The translations under genes and the position numbers were made by a program. The notes beneath the pieces are model-generated. The model was not told the origin of the DNA and ran no database searches. It saw nothing but the letters and a program-made list of their open reading frames with translations. DNA of 64,000 nucleotides from Lama guanicoe (taxonomy: Eukaryota), in NCBI GenBank assembly GCA_013239625.1, contig MU056050.1, positions 7,544,773-7,608,772 on the forward strand. The letters are read 5' to 3'. Below are positions 1-16,604 of the stretch, piece after piece; positions within the stretch are counted from its first letter, which is position 1, and each line of letters starts with the position of its first letter.

Positions 1-999
1 GACCTTCTGAGGAGCATCAAGGGAATAGAGAGTCCCTTAGATAAAAACTGGATAGGGTGGTGGACTAGAGTGGGATCACTATTTGAGAGTTCCGTCTCTC
101 GAGTCCTGTCTTATAGTAACATGCCACCACCTCTGCCTCTGAAATGGAAATCCCAAGAGCAAGAAGAGCCATTCAAGAGCAAAGAGTCTCATTCCAAAGG
201 TAGGGAAACACGGCAGAGAGAGGCAAGGTAGTTTGTCTGAAGTCACAGAGCCAATTAGAGGAAAAATTAGGATAAGCCTCAAGTGTCCTGGGCTCTGTTA
301 TATACATCCTGGAGTTCCGAGGGTCTTTCAAGCAGCCCTTCAGTCCCAAATATATCCTCACACCCTGGTGAGATATAGAGGAGGCAAGAAAGATGATATA
401 TTCTTGGAGGGGGTTTTCCAAGAGCATATATCTCTGAGAGGGGGCTTTCTGAAGGAAGGAGTAAGGGGAAAAATGAGCAGACAGAATCACTGAGACTGTA
501 GCAGAGAACTCTCCAGAACCACTGCAGTCATATCCCACCCTGCCAGCCAGCTCCTCAGCCCTCAGCTTGGGGCTGGAGAAAGGACATAGGACAGGGCTTC
601 TTAATGAGAACATGTGGGAACCCGGGAAAGGTTAATGATCTGCAGCCTCAACCATCCGTTAGCTGCCAGCCAGAGACAGTAAACACCGTTACTCATCTAA
701 TTAGTCAGGAAAGGCTGGGCAGGGGCTGAAGACAGGGCCTTGGGGATTACAGTCCCCCAAGTGCCCACCCACTTAGGGCTGTTGAAAGAGGCTACGAGAA
801 GGTACAAGCCCCCATTAGCAGAGGGAGTTGGAAGAGGCTCCCTCTCAGTCGGTCCTCCTGCAGCTCTGGCCGCAGGCTGTGACCAAGATGTGGAAGGACT
901 TGGACACTTGCTGAGGGCCTCCTCTGTGCCAGATCCTATGTTGGCCAGTCCTCTGTGTGTCATCTTATTTTGTCCCCACAACAACACTGCAAGGCTCTT

Positions 1000-1130
1000 A
1001 CATTTATTGAGCACCTGTTGTACATCACTCACTTTACATATATTATTGGCTTTCACATTTCTAACAGTGCTAGGAAGTAGTGGTTGGTATTTCACCCATC
1101 CTACAGGAGAAAAAATGGAGATTCACAGAG
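1000..1130 (-). mobile_element. MIR SINE fragment
   Basis: catttattgagcac...tttacat...cccatcctacaggagaaaaaatggagattcacagag is the reverse complement of the MIR core and 3' end. Confidence 0.65.
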
Positions 1131-1134
1131 CATA

Positions 1135-1300
1135 ATTTGTTTCTTTGCTGATTTATTCAGCACATGTGTACTGCCTGGCCATTCTGTGCCAGGCATTGTC
1201 CTAGGTGCTAAGTATACGATGGTGAAAAGACAGACACAGACTTTGCCTTCATGGAGCCCAGTGTCTAATTGGAGAGGCAGATATTCACCATGAGCTCACA
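1135..1300 (-). mobile_element. L2 LINE 3' end fragment
   Basis: tgtgccaggcattgtcctaggtgctaagtatacgatggtgaaaagacagac...gccttcatggagc is typical antisense L2 3' sequence. Confidence 0.7.
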
Positions 1301-1869
1301 TAACTAGTACATAGCAAGACTAAGATTGGAATCTGAGCAGGGTAGAGCTGCAGACAGGATGCTGATGGGACTGAGGTGATAGATATTGTGGGAATCAAAC
1401 CAGAATACCCTCGCTTGTGACTGGGCTACTCTGGCTTCAGAAGGCCAGGCCCTGCCACTAATGATTTACTGCTGCTGGGGTGGGGGGAGAGCTGAAGACT
1501 TCTTGAAGCATATGTGCCCATTGCACTCTGGGAGGCTCTTCTCTTTTCCAGCTGCCATGAATTATTTCAGCTTCAAAGAGGAGGTATTTGGGTTAAGAAT
1601 AGCTTTGTGATTGCTGAACGGTCAATGGGGTGGGCCAAGGCAGGTGACTGGGTATTCTCCGAGCACCTGGTATGTTCCCAGCTCTATACCAAGTTCTGTG
1701 AGGGGATGCCCAGGAGCAAAGACCCAGTTTTTTTTCCCCAGAAGGCCTTTTATCTAGGTTGTGAATGTGATTTATTTTTATGGAAAGATTAAGGATGATA
1801 GCCAGATAAAAGCTGAATAGGGCAGTTTTGGCTGGTCAGCTTAGAAGCTTGAGATTCTTTGGGGGTTTT

Positions 1870-2115
1870 TTTGGAAGACAGAGATGAAGAGAAGGGGAGA
1901 GAGAGTGCACAAGTAAGACAAAAATATATCAGAGAGAGAGAGACATGGAGAGATACAGACAGAGATGGCAAACTGACTAAGATACAGAGAGAGGAAAGAG
2001 GAGAGAGCAAGAGATAGAGGACAAAAACAGGGACAAAGTGTGACAGAGACCAAAGCAATGGAGTATGACAGACAAAATATGAGACAGTAGAGGGGGTGAA
2101 AAGGAGAAAAGGAGA
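1870..2115. repeat. GA-rich low-complexity tract
   Basis: Degenerate (GA)n/(GACA)n runs; explains the spurious Leu/Ser-rich ORFs. Confidence 0.8.
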
Positions 2116-2289
2116 GTCTGGGGCCTGCAGTTGGAAGAAGAGTCTCATATGAGAAGGTTATCTCTCACTCACTTTGAGGCCCTACAGACCACCATGGTCT
2201 CAGGCTTCAGAAAGTTACTTCATCCTAAAAAGAGCTTTTTATACAAGTGATGGGCCCACATTTCTGGCTGGCTGAGGAGTGGGGAAGTG

Positions 2290-2291
<2 letters not shown>

Positions 2292-2321
<30 letters not shown>
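2292..2321. repeat. (TG)15 microsatellite
   Basis: Perfect dinucleotide run. Confidence 0.97.
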
Positions 2322-2323
<2 letters not shown>

Positions 2324-3249
2324 AAATTGACAGAAGTCACCACATAGGCATGTGTATACCTGTTTCCCACACTCTCACACTTACAAGTCCAGTTTCTTGC
2401 AAAGTTGAATGCAACTCAACTTGGAAAGTGAATCCCCTTTGTCCATTAAATGTCATTATTCCTCTCTTTAGGAAAGCTTTCCACTGGGAAGTGAGTTCCT
2501 GTCATTTGAGCCATAAGAAAATGTTGTCCCTGAAGTACGAATATCAGAAGACCTAGGCTCACATTTAGGCAAAATCAGGATTTAGCCATTTATTGGCTGT
2601 GTGACCTCGAATTGTTTTGTCAACTTCTCTGGGTCTCAGTTTTCTCCCCAACGACGAAGTGGTTGTATTTAGTCCTTGGCCATTTTCCCATTTGAGCACG
2701 TGCAAGAAACAGGTGTAGCCTGGGCCCCCAAGGAAATCTATCCTGGTGACCTTTAATTTGAAAGGGTGAGGGGAGGGGAGGGGATCAACAGATCAGATCA
2801 GAAGGCAGTGTGGAATGAGGCAGGGGTATAAATAAAGTAATGCCTAAATAAGTTGTCTGAAATGGAATGGGCCCCTGGAAGCTTGGCCCTTGGTCAGGCT
2901 CTCTTGTCTCGGTTGGCTCAAGGGAGGGGCCTTCCTCCTCTCACACCCCTCTTGGCTCCTGTCTGCCTCCCGCCTGCCTTCCACTTCCACTTCACTGCTC
3001 AGTATGGCTAATATAGCCTGCCTTGCAGTAGGAAAACACCTCCACACACCATTTTTATTTCCAGTAGGAGATTTCAGTTCTGTGCAATGGAATACGACAG
3101 TGTTGATGACCTCATGAAATGTCCGAAAGGCTCAATGGAGATTCTCTTGATTGAGAAACCAGTATGCATGATGGTGGGAGGAGAGACAGAGTAAAAAGCC
3201 TGATATGGGGTTTTTCAGTCCATGTTAAGGGTGCCTTGGGGAAAATGGC

Positions 3250-4960
3250 CATATCTTACTTGACTGGTCATGGGTAAGGTCAATCCCCTCCTTTCCACCC
3301 TCCCGCACAACCCTCTGGCCCAAACCAGTACTTCTTTCTTTGTGACTGGATTATTACAACAGCATCTTCCCAGGCCTCTTTTCCTCCAGCTTCTTGTCTC
3401 CTTTCTATCCACCACCCTTCACCTTAATCTTTCTATATCCCAACATTGATTACATGTCTCCTCTACTTGACTGTGTGCTATTTAATTCCCTTCGACAGGC
3501 ACCATGTTTTTCATAGAGAAGGTGCTCAACAAATGTTTGATAGATGAATTGATGAATGAATAAATACCATGGGCCAGTCACTGTGCTAGTCATTGTAGTG
3601 TGGTCTTCCCATACTCCTGCAGTCCACAGTGTTCATCCCTCTCTAAGAGTTTATTCCACAGTTTGTAATTACTTGTTTAGTACACTGGAAATAATGTGAG
3701 GATAGAGACCACAGTTATCAGGTTCACTTTCTCTGACATACTTTGCACCTAGCACCTTGCACTGTTTTGAATAACTTAATGAAAGAGTGAATGAATTTTC
3801 CACCAGGAATGTATTTCCCTCCATCTCTGACTGTACATTCAGCAGTTATTCACTGGGCACCTACTTATGGGCAAGACAGTGTTCTGGACATTGGAAATTT
3901 AGCAGTGAGCAAACAGACAAAAATTTCTTGCTTTGATGGAGCTTATATTTTAGTGGGGAAGACAGTTGATAAATCAATGGACATATATTTGTATAAGCAA
4001 ATGACAAGTAGCAATAAGTGTTATGAAGAAAAATGAAGCAGGACAACGGGGTAGAGAATGGTGGAGAGGATTCCTATTTTAGCTGGAGACTTGAGGGAAG
4101 ACCTCTCTGAGGAGGTGACATTTGAATAGAGACCTAAATAAGGTGAAGGATGAGGAATCCCAAACAAAGGGAACTAAGACATGCAAAGACTTGATGAAGG
4201 AATGTGCTTAGCAAGTTTCAGAAATATAAAGAGGCCAGTGTGGCTAAAGCATACTAAATCAGGAGATGGGAAAGAGACAAGGTCAGAGAGTGAGGAAGGG
4301 GCCAAATCATGTAGGGCTATGGAGATCATAATAAAGAGCTGAGGTATTTTTCTAAATAAAATCATAAGAACAAAAGATTACTAAGTAGGCAAATGACAAC
4401 AATTGATTGATGTTTTTAATAGCTCTGTGAACACTGGTGAAGAAAATCCTAGAGGCACAAGTGGGAAGAGAGAAGCCAGTTAGAAAGCTAGTGCAATAGG
4501 CCAGGTGACAAATGATTACAGCTTGGTTCAGAGTGTTAGTAGTGGAAGTGAGGAGAGAGTGGTTGGACAAGATATGTTTTGAATGCAGAGCCAACATACC
4601 TGTGGATAGTTTGGATGTAGATGTGAGAGAAAGAAAAATCAGGGATAAGTCTGAGGATTTTATCCTGTTCAAGTCCCATTCTTCATGGCTCAGTTCACAG
4701 TCACCTCCTCTTGGAAGCCTTCCCTCACACACACTACCTTACCTCCATTGAAATCAACGTCTCCTCAATTCCCATAGCACTTTGCAGCTACTAAGCTACA
4801 CATACTACCAAGCGCATTCTACCTTCTGGCAGAGGAGAGCTACATGTACACATCTACCTCCCCTCACTTGACTTAGAGCTCCTCAGGGACTTTGTCATTG
4901 TCATCTGTTTAGTCTTCGCTGGATCCAGCGCAATGGCTTGTGCCAAATATTTTGACCAAT
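3250..4960. mobile_element. Cluster of L2 fragments (+ about 3250-3790, - about 3830-4670, + about 4670-4960)
   Basis: L2 tail aggtgctcaacaaatgtttgatagatgaattgatgaatgaat; antisense L2 agggaagacctctctgaggaggtgacatttgaatagagacct. Confidence 0.7.
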
Positions 4961-5349
4961 AAGTACTGCTGAGACGCAATAGGTTAACTAAATTGAAGCT
5001 GTTTATAATTACTTCCAGTGTGTAGTTGCAAAGTTCCCCAATCACTAGAAGGTAAACCAAAGAATTATTTCAACATCACCAGCTTTTAATTACTAAAGTC
5101 CATTTGATATATGCCTCTGCTTGAATTATTGACATCATGAGGATTAAAATGTTCTCCTTAATTGAAAGGAAGCTCATGTGCTGAGTGAGGGGCATGGAGG
5201 GCGCTAGAGGGTGGGATAGTGAGTGAATCCTGTTCTCACAGCTCATCTTCAGCTACTGAAACTGTGAGGAGAAGTGAAAACTATCTAGAGGAGGACCAAG
5301 CTGATACTTATAAAAATGGCAGAAGTGAGAGGAGGCAGGGATTTTGGAA

Positions 5350-5880
5350 GCATGAGAGTTGAAACATATGGACCTGGGTTCAAATTTCAGCTCTGCCATT
5401 TACTAATCATGATACTCTAAGGAATTCATTTTTAAGTTATTGTTTGTTTTTAATTGAAGGACAACTTATATACAAAAATGTGCATCAGGTTCAGGGTACC
5501 ACTTGATAAATTGTTACATATGCATGCATCCATCTCCCAGATCAAAATGTAAAGTATATCCAGCATCTCAGGAGACTCTCTCATGCCACTTCACAGTCAG
5601 TACCCCTTGAAAGGTAGCTACTATTATAATATTTATCACCACATAGCAGTTTTGCCTGTTTTAATCTTCATGTAAATGGAATTATACAGACTGTACTCTT
5701 GTGTCTGGCTTCTTTCTAAGTCATTTAAACTCTTTAAGCCTCGGTTTCTTCATCTATATAACAGGAATACTAACAGCACCTATATCATAGGAGTGTGAAG
5801 ATATAATGAGATAAAACATATAAAATGCTCAGGATACTGCCTGTGACATACTATGTACTGAATAAATATTAGTCCTTTCC
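5350..5880 (+). mobile_element. MIR interrupted by an old L1 3'UTR fragment (about 5430-5715, -)
   Basis: MIR head gacctgggttcaaatttcagctctgccatttacta resumes at tcatttaaactctttaagcctcggtttcttcatctat after L1M-like tcttcatgtaaatggaattatacag...tgtgtctggcttctttc. Confidence 0.7.
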
Positions 5881-6109
5881 TTTCTTCCTTCCTTCCTGTC
5901 TAAGTTCTTAGAGCTGTATTAGGTACCCTTGGTGTACAAGAGAAGTATAAAAAGCAGTTCACACCCTTAAGGAGCATATAATCTATTTATGGAGAAGAGG
6001 ATCCAAAGTACTTGGTAAGCAGGAAGTGACAATATTAATAAAATATACTACTAATATAATGAATATAATAATATCAATTACTAATCCCACTGCTGATTGG
6101 AGAGGAGGC

Positions 6110-6370
6110 AGGCAATATTTTGAAATGGTTAAAAGCATAGGTTTTGGAGTTTTGGGGCTTCAGTTCCAGCTCCAGTTTCCCTACTTACCAATTGTGTGAA
6201 TTGTGTGCCCTTGGGGATGTCACATATGTCTCTAAGCCTCAGTTTCTTCATCTGTAGAATGAGAATAATACTGCTGTCTACTACATGGGATTGCTGAGAA
6301 CAATGAATACAACATATATCAAGTGCCTGTCACAGGGCCTGGAACATAGTATACACTTAAACAGTGATAT
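6110..6370 (+). mobile_element. MIR SINE, near full length
   Basis: tggttaaaagcataggttttggag...tctctaagcctcagtttcttcatctgtagaatgag...gcctggaacatagta. Confidence 0.8.
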
Positions 6371-7236
6371 TTGCTGAAGTTTTTTTCCTGCTTTGAAATA
6401 CTAGGATTCGTAAAGATCGAAAAGTACCAGCCAGCCAGGGCTGATTAAGTGGCTGGCAAACCTCACCTACTCCAGTTGAATAGATAGCAGAGCCCCTAAG
6501 ATGACTGTTGAAGCCCAAGAGGCCACTTCTGTCTTTACCCTCTACCTTTCTCTAGTACACACTCAAGGTACTACCGGTGACCATTGGTCTAAGGACTGTG
6601 CCTCTGAGCCCCCCCAAGCATGCTTTTTTATTGTTCATAAACCTTAACCCCTATTGACCCAGATCTACAAATGGGACTATCCCTTGAAAGGCTGACTCCG
6701 TACAGCCTTAAGCCAGGAGCCATTGCAAGCTGGCCCTAGTCCAGCAATGGAAGACTCATTTGTCACTGAGGAGTGCAATTTTCATGGCCTTTCAAGTCAA
6801 CATTTGCAAATCAAAATTCTTTAAACACTGTTTAGCATCACAGTGTTTTGAGAAAACATTTTCAAAACGTTTTTATGCATTCTGCTTCCCACTGTTCAAA
6901 ACAAATTTAAGAAAAACTTAAAAATCAACATGTCTTGAAAATATTTTTCATACCAAAACAAATGTCTCAAAAGCTTTTTGCAGATACGATGATTAGTGAG
7001 ATGATTCAGCCCCAAAGAATATTTTCTCTAGTGTTGTTCTGACGATTGTATTTTTCAGGCTTGATTTAGTCAGATTATTGTCTCAAAACCATATTTATTT
7101 TCTATCTTCAGACTCAGCCAAGAGACCAAGGGAATTTAAAATCTTAAAGCCTCAACATAAAACATTTGTTGAATAAACGAATTATTTATTCTTTTTGTCT
7201 TGGCTGCCAGAGGACTCAGAGTTACATTAGGTAGAG

Positions 7237-7465
7237 GTTTTTTAAAAAACAGCATTATTGAGGTATAATTGATATACAAAAACAGCATATATTTAATGTA
7301 TATAATTCAGTAAGTTTGGACAACTGAATATACCTGTGAAGTCACAATCAAGGTAGTAAACATATCCATTACATCCAGAAGTTTCCTGTGTCTCTTGGTT
7401 TTTGTTTTATTTTCTGGAAAGAACACTTAATATGAGATCTACCCTTTTAATAAATATTTCAGTGC
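7237..7465 (-). mobile_element. Old L1 (L1MA/MB-type) 3' end
   Basis: aacagcattattgaggtataattgatatac...gaacacttaatatgagatctaccctttta. Confidence 0.75.
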
Positions 7466-7469
7466 CTAT

Positions 7470-7905
7470 CTGTGAAATTACTAGAAGAAAACATAAAGAA
7501 AAACTTTTTTTAAATGGAGGAACTGGGGATTGAACCCAGGACCTCGTGCATGCCAAGCATGCACCCTACCACTGAGCTATACCCACCCCCTCTCCTGGAA
7601 AAACTTCTTGACACTGGTCTTCACAATGATTTCTTGGCTATGACACCAAAAGCACAAGCAACAAAAACAAAAATAGGTAAGTGGGGACTACATCAAACTA
7701 AAATGATTGTGCTTTTTTTTTTTCTGCACAGCAAACGAAATGATCAAGAGAATGAAAGGTAACTAATGGAATGGGAGAAACTACTTGCAAAACCTGATAA
7801 GAGGTCAGTATCCAAAATATATAAGGAACTCCTACAACTCAATAGCAACCCCCCCCCCAAATAACCCAATTTAGGAAACAGACAAAGCACTGGGGTAAAC
7901 ATTCC
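7470..7905 (+). mobile_element. Old L1 ORF2 fragment, interrupted by a SINE
   Basis: Translates to L1 ORF2-like KLLEENI...LHNDFLAMTPKAQATKTKIGKW. Confidence 0.8.
7507..7597 (-). mobile_element. tRNA-Ala-derived SINE, camelid vic-1-like
   Basis: Minus strand reads GGGGGTGGGTATAGCTCAGTGGTAGGGTGCATGCTTGGCATGCACGAGGTCCTGGGTTCAATCCCCAGTTCCTCCA plus an A tail; A and B boxes present; TSD GAAAAACTT at 7498-7506 and 7598-7606. Confidence 0.85.
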
Positions 7906-7909
7906 TACA

Positions 7910-8020
7910 TGGTTTTTCTGTCACTCTTTTGATCTTTATTTATTTGCCCTATTTCTCTGAATTTTTATGTTAATCTGCCTCAAATCCATTTTGGAAGTAG
8001 ATGACATATAAAACATAAAT
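7910..8020 (+). mobile_element. Possible L4 (RTE-X) 3' end
   Basis: tgttaatctgcctcaaatccattttggaagtagatgacatataaaa resembles the L4 terminus as I recall it. Confidence 0.35.
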
Positions 8021-8029
8021 CTTTCAAAA

Positions 8030-9150
8030 TCTACAAACAAGAAAAAATATGCTTAATAGAAAATGAGCAAAATATGTAAATTGGCATTTCACAGAATAGG
8101 AAATCTGAAATTAAGGGAAAATGCCCAATTGCAGTAGTACTCAGATAAATGTAAAATTGAAAAACCATAAGATATCATTTAATGCATATTTAAATTGAAA
8201 AATTAGAAAGTTAGATAATATTATGAGCAGGTGACATTATGGGGGATCATATATTCTTATGTACTGCTGGTAGGAATGTGAAATGGCACAGACACTCTGG
8301 AGAGTAATCTGGAAGTGCTTAATGAAATTAAATGCACATAAACCCTATGACTGAGTTTATAGTTCTGGAACAGATCCATTAAGGGACATGTGCAGGTATG
8401 TTTATGGAATAATTTCTTTGTGACAGAACTGAAGGCAACCTAGATATCTATAACTAGTGGACTGGTAAATAAAGTGTGACATATGCACATGATGAGAATA
8501 TCATGTGAAATCAGAACTAATAGTCTTGATACATGTCTTGGTCAGCTGAGGCTCCCATAACAAAATACTATAGTTTGGGTGGCTTAAACAACAGACATTT
8601 ATTTTCTTACAGTTCTGGAGGTTGGAAGTCCAATTAGGGTGACAACATGGTCGATTTCTGGGGGCTAAGGGCCTGACTTCTAGGTGGTGTCTTCTCCCTG
8701 CATCCTCACATGGCAGAGAGGGAGAAAGGGAGCTCTCCAGTGTCTTTTCTTATAAAAGCACTAGTCCCATTAAAAAGCTCCTACCCTCATGACCTCATCT
8801 AACTCTAATACTTCCCAAAGGCCCTGATCTCCAACTGCCATCACACTGGAGTTTAAGCCTTCAATGTATGAATGAGGGTGAGGGTACAGAAACATTTAGT
8901 TTGTAACAATACACCTAAAGTAATATAAATAGATCTTAAACAAAAATGATGTTGCGTAAAAAAAAATAAAGAGAGTTTCATAGTGCAATACATTTATGCA
9001 AAAAACCATAAAATTTCAAGATTACACATGTATCTAAATTAGTATATGGGTGATGGATTGAAAGGATGTTTATTAAGTAAATTAGGATGGATGTCTTGAG
9101 GTGCAGAGGGGAAATGGGATTGGAGATGGTAAAAGAGAAAAAAATTAAAT
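8030..9150 (+). mobile_element. Old L1ME-type ORF2 end and 3'UTR, split by an MLT1 LTR
   Basis: tactgctggtaggaatgtgaaatggcacagacactctggagagtaatctgg; collinear continuation after 8913. Confidence 0.7.
8534..8908 (-). mobile_element. MaLR solo LTR (MLT1A-like)
   Basis: TG...CA ends, 375 bp, perfect 5-bp TSD ATACA (8529-8533 and 8909-8913), ggtggcttaaacaacagacatttattttcttacagttctggagg. Confidence 0.9.
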
Positions 9151-9218
9151 TAATTTAAAAAGAGAGACCTTGTAATGAAAAAATAAAATTAATTTAAAAA
9201 AAGAGACCTTGTAATGAA
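9147..9218. repeat. Local tandem duplication, 39-bp period, 2 copies
   Basis: aaattaatttaaaaa(g/a)agagaccttgtaatgaa occurs twice. Confidence 0.9.
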
Positions 9219-11129
9219 GACTGTGTGTCATTAACCAAAGAATGAGTGACTAAAGTCTGTGAATTTTGAGGTCAAAATAATCAGAAAAATAATTATAAAT
9301 TTAAGGGATCTATTGCTGTGTTTCAGTACTAGTGCCTATAAATAGAGAAAAAACTTTCTCGGCCTTTAAGATACGGACATTTTAATTGTACAGATGAAGA
9401 AGATTCCTGTGCCTACCTTAAGATCATATGAATGGTATGCAAGTAGTCAAGATGATTTCTATGGAGATGAGTGATTAGATGCTAAACTCAAGACTTACCA
9501 TATTTTTAGAATAAGAATGAGGTCTGAATTTAGGGCATGATTTTTTTTTAAAACACTGCAATAATGGAAGGTTGTGTGTAGGCAGGGGAGTGATCTCTGA
9601 AGAGGAGCATCTCAAAATTAAATTCAAGAGCATCCAGTCCCCAAAAAGGTAGATACATGATGCACAGTGTCTATAATACTGTCTGGCTTGGGGAGTGGGA
9701 GTGGAGGTCGAAGTAAGGAGGCATAGTTGAGAAAAAGAAGCTGTTTGGTGCAGGGAGAAAGTTATTCCAAAAGAGGAACAGGATGGAGAAAAATTGGAAT
9801 GAATGGGAAGAGTGAGTAGAAGTTTTGCTTATCAGAGAGACTTGGAGATTAGAGATTGTGTTAGATTGGGTGAGTGTGGAGATAGACTTTTCTAAATAGG
9901 AATCAAGAGTCTAACATTTAGCTTTCAGTCTTTTATGCCTAGGTGCCAATCAGCCTGAGAGAAATCACCCTGAAGATCGTGCCATCCACCCCCAAATACA
10001 CACTCCATTGTGCAGTGTTACTGTTCTCCCTTGCATGTGACAATAGGATGTGATCTGAAAGCTGATAGGCAGAGAATGCAGTCACTGTCAAAGCTGACTT
10101 GGTTTGCCTAGTTCCCTGGGTTCCATTTTGGTTGGGGAGAGATGAGAGAGTGATGACAAAATGCACAGGATGTACTATGAATTTTCCAGAATCATAATTA
10201 TAGTGGGTATGCCCATTAATTAGCTTTAAGCATAAAACATATTCTTTGCTCATTGGATTTTACTAATAAAATAAGAGACATATTTGTCCTGAGGGTATGA
10301 CATAGGGCCAGGATTCATTTCATTTTAAGGAACATTATTGAGTATCCTCTGGAAGCCTAGAACTGAGTTTAAAAGATTTTTAAAAAATGATCGCTAATTC
10401 TCAAAGAATTCATTGTCAGTCAATTTTCTAGATTCTCAAAATTAAACCTACCATTGACATTTTGAAGTCAATCAATCAACATATAGCTACATGTGTGCCA
10501 TCCTTACAGAGACTGGGGCTATGAACTGTTGCCAGTGCAGTAGGGAAGGGAAGAAGATATGCTGAGAATTTACTATGTATCGGGTTCTATGACTAAGCTT
10601 GTTATGTATTCTTTCACTGGGATTCTAAAAAGGAGGTCCTTGGAGAAACAAAGGAATTGGTAATATTTTGCCTACAGATGAGAGGTGTCTTGGCTGTTCC
10701 TAGATGTCTGAGGACTTGTCATTTACAGAGGGAGAACTGTGCCTTACAGCTCCAGAGAAAACACTAGCCCATAGAAGGAACTTTTCAAAGGGAAAACATT
10801 ATTTAATGGGTAAAATAAATCAAAAGTATAATAATATTAATAGTCACAGCTTCCATTTACTGATCATTTACTAAGTGCCAGGCTCTGTGCTGAGCATTTT
10901 AAATCCATTATCTTAATTTGTTCTCTCAGAGATGCAATGTGCTAAGTGTTCAAACCAACTCTTCCAAAACCTGGCATAAAAGAAAAACAAAATTGGGCTG
11001 CATTGAAAAACTTTGCCCCTACAATTTAATCAAATTAAGATGAATCTTTTCAGTAGTAGTATGACTTTTTCACTAGCTACAAGGGCACAATGCTTCTTTA
11101 GGGCATAGGGCACTGTGCTATACCAGCAT

Positions 11130-11760
11130 TTACCTCCCTTTGTGATTGTCATTTCATGAATTCTGGTCACTCTTTCCCATTTTCTGAGGGCTGGCTGTCA
11201 AGGCTTCCTTGACACTCCAGGTCTTGCCATCATCCTAGGTGACCTCAACAATATCTATGTGGAAGACCCATCCCAGACAACCTGGCCTCATACCTCCCTG
11301 ACCTTTAACCTCTTACTACCTCAACCATCACCAGCTATTTGACATCATTGGACATGGCTTCACCCCCTAGGAAAATCAACTCCAATATCCCATTGTAACC
11401 AAAATCTTGTAGCAATGGCTGAGTTCCATGTCATCTGCTCTTTGGCCTCACGAGAACTCCTGTGCCTCAAATCCTTACTTTTCTGTTCATTTTCTTTCTT
11501 GTCTAGCCAGGATCTTGGGACACATGTATTTAGCACTGACTGTATATTCATCCCCTTGCCTCCTGAATACCATGTAGCTTCAGCTTTGGATCCCTCCAAA
11601 CATCTGATTTCTCTAATCTCATAATGCCCACTGTGGAAGAAAGGAACAGTACTCCAAACATTGGTTCCTATAATAGTTTTCAACCTCAGCTGGGCCCTCA
11701 GGCCACACAGCAACCCTTTCAAAAGACCCAGGTCATCTCTTTCTCCTTTTCTCTTTCCAT
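11130..11760 (+). mobile_element. L2 internal fragment (left part of a split element)
   Basis: Pyrimidine-rich; gccatcatcctaggtgacctcaac resembles the endonuclease IILGDFN motif. Confidence 0.6.
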
Positions 11761-12396
11761 TTGTATTCCAAGTTTCTTCATCATGTTTACTGTATTCTAT
11801 TTAGAAAATCTTTGCCAAAGGCAAGGCCACTTAGAGTCTCTACTATGTGTTCTGCTAGAAATTTCATTAAGTCTTTGAACCATTTTGAGTCAAATTTTGT
11901 CTATAGTGTGAGATAAAAGCTAAGGTTCAGTTATCTTACACACAGTTATCCCATCGATTCAGCACCAATTGTTGAAAAAGATTTATCCATTGTCAAAAAT
12001 CAAGTGACCCTATATGGACTCTATTCTCTTCCATTGAAACTATTATGTACCTGTCTTTACAAAAATACTTCACTTGCCTTGATTATTATACCTTTATTTT
12101 TTAAAACATTTTTATTGAGTTATATCCATTTTACAATGTTGTGTCAAATTCCAGTGTAGAGCACAATTTTTCAGTTATAAATGAACATACATATATTCAT
12201 TGTCACATTTTGTTTCCTGTGAGCTACCATAAGATCTTGTATATATTTCCCTATGCTATAAAGTATAATATTGTTTATCTGTTCTACATTTTGAACTCTC
12301 AGTCTGCGCCTTCCTACCCCCCACCCACTTGGCAACCACAAGTTTGTATTCTACGTCTATGACTCTGTTTCTGTTTTGTATTTATGTTTTTATTTT

Positions 12397-16206
<3,810 letters not shown>

Positions 16207-16604
16207 TTTGAACTTATTTTGCAATTGATTTGGTATATCCTCTTTGTTCCTTTCTTGTTCCTTTTGTGGTTTGGTAATCTTCCTTTGTATTATCTTGGAT
16301 TTTATTTAGTTTTTGTGACTCACTTGTAAGTTTTTGGCTTGTGTTTACCCTTTTCTGTAAGTCTATTAACCCATTACTATAACTGTTTGTACTAAACGGA
16401 TAGTAACATAATCTCAAACCTATCCTACCAAGAATAAAAAATTTAAGAAAAAAGAAGAAAATATATGTTCTTGTTTCCCTCTCCCACTCTTAATGATTTC
16501 AATGTCTTATTTTACAATTTTGTGTTTATTCTTGTAATTCATGATAGTTATCACCTTTCCAGTTATTATTTTCTCATTTCTGTAGCATCCTGCTTCTTTT
16601 CTAT

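Noticed and set aside
79..1135. Several overlapping ORFs of 67-146 aa
   Set aside because: No recognisable domain, present on both strands and partly run into MIR sequence; consistent with chance
1789..2148. Hydrophobic membrane-like ORFs
   Set aside because: Translation of a GA/CT low-complexity tract; the ORFs at 48088-48646 have the same origin
2764..2783. G-quadruplex-like GGGTGAGGGGAGGGGAGGGG
   Set aside because: Isolated and common, with no supporting context
7507..7597. Functional tRNA-Ala gene, and the 82-aa ORF at 7514
   Set aside because: A tail, TSD, stem mismatches and position inside an L1 indicate a SINE; the ORF is antisense SINE fused to L1 sequence
7237..7905. Adjacent opposite-strand old L1 pieces as one 5'-inverted insertion
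   Set aside because: No convincing TSD and a large gap in L1 coordinates; may be two independent fragments
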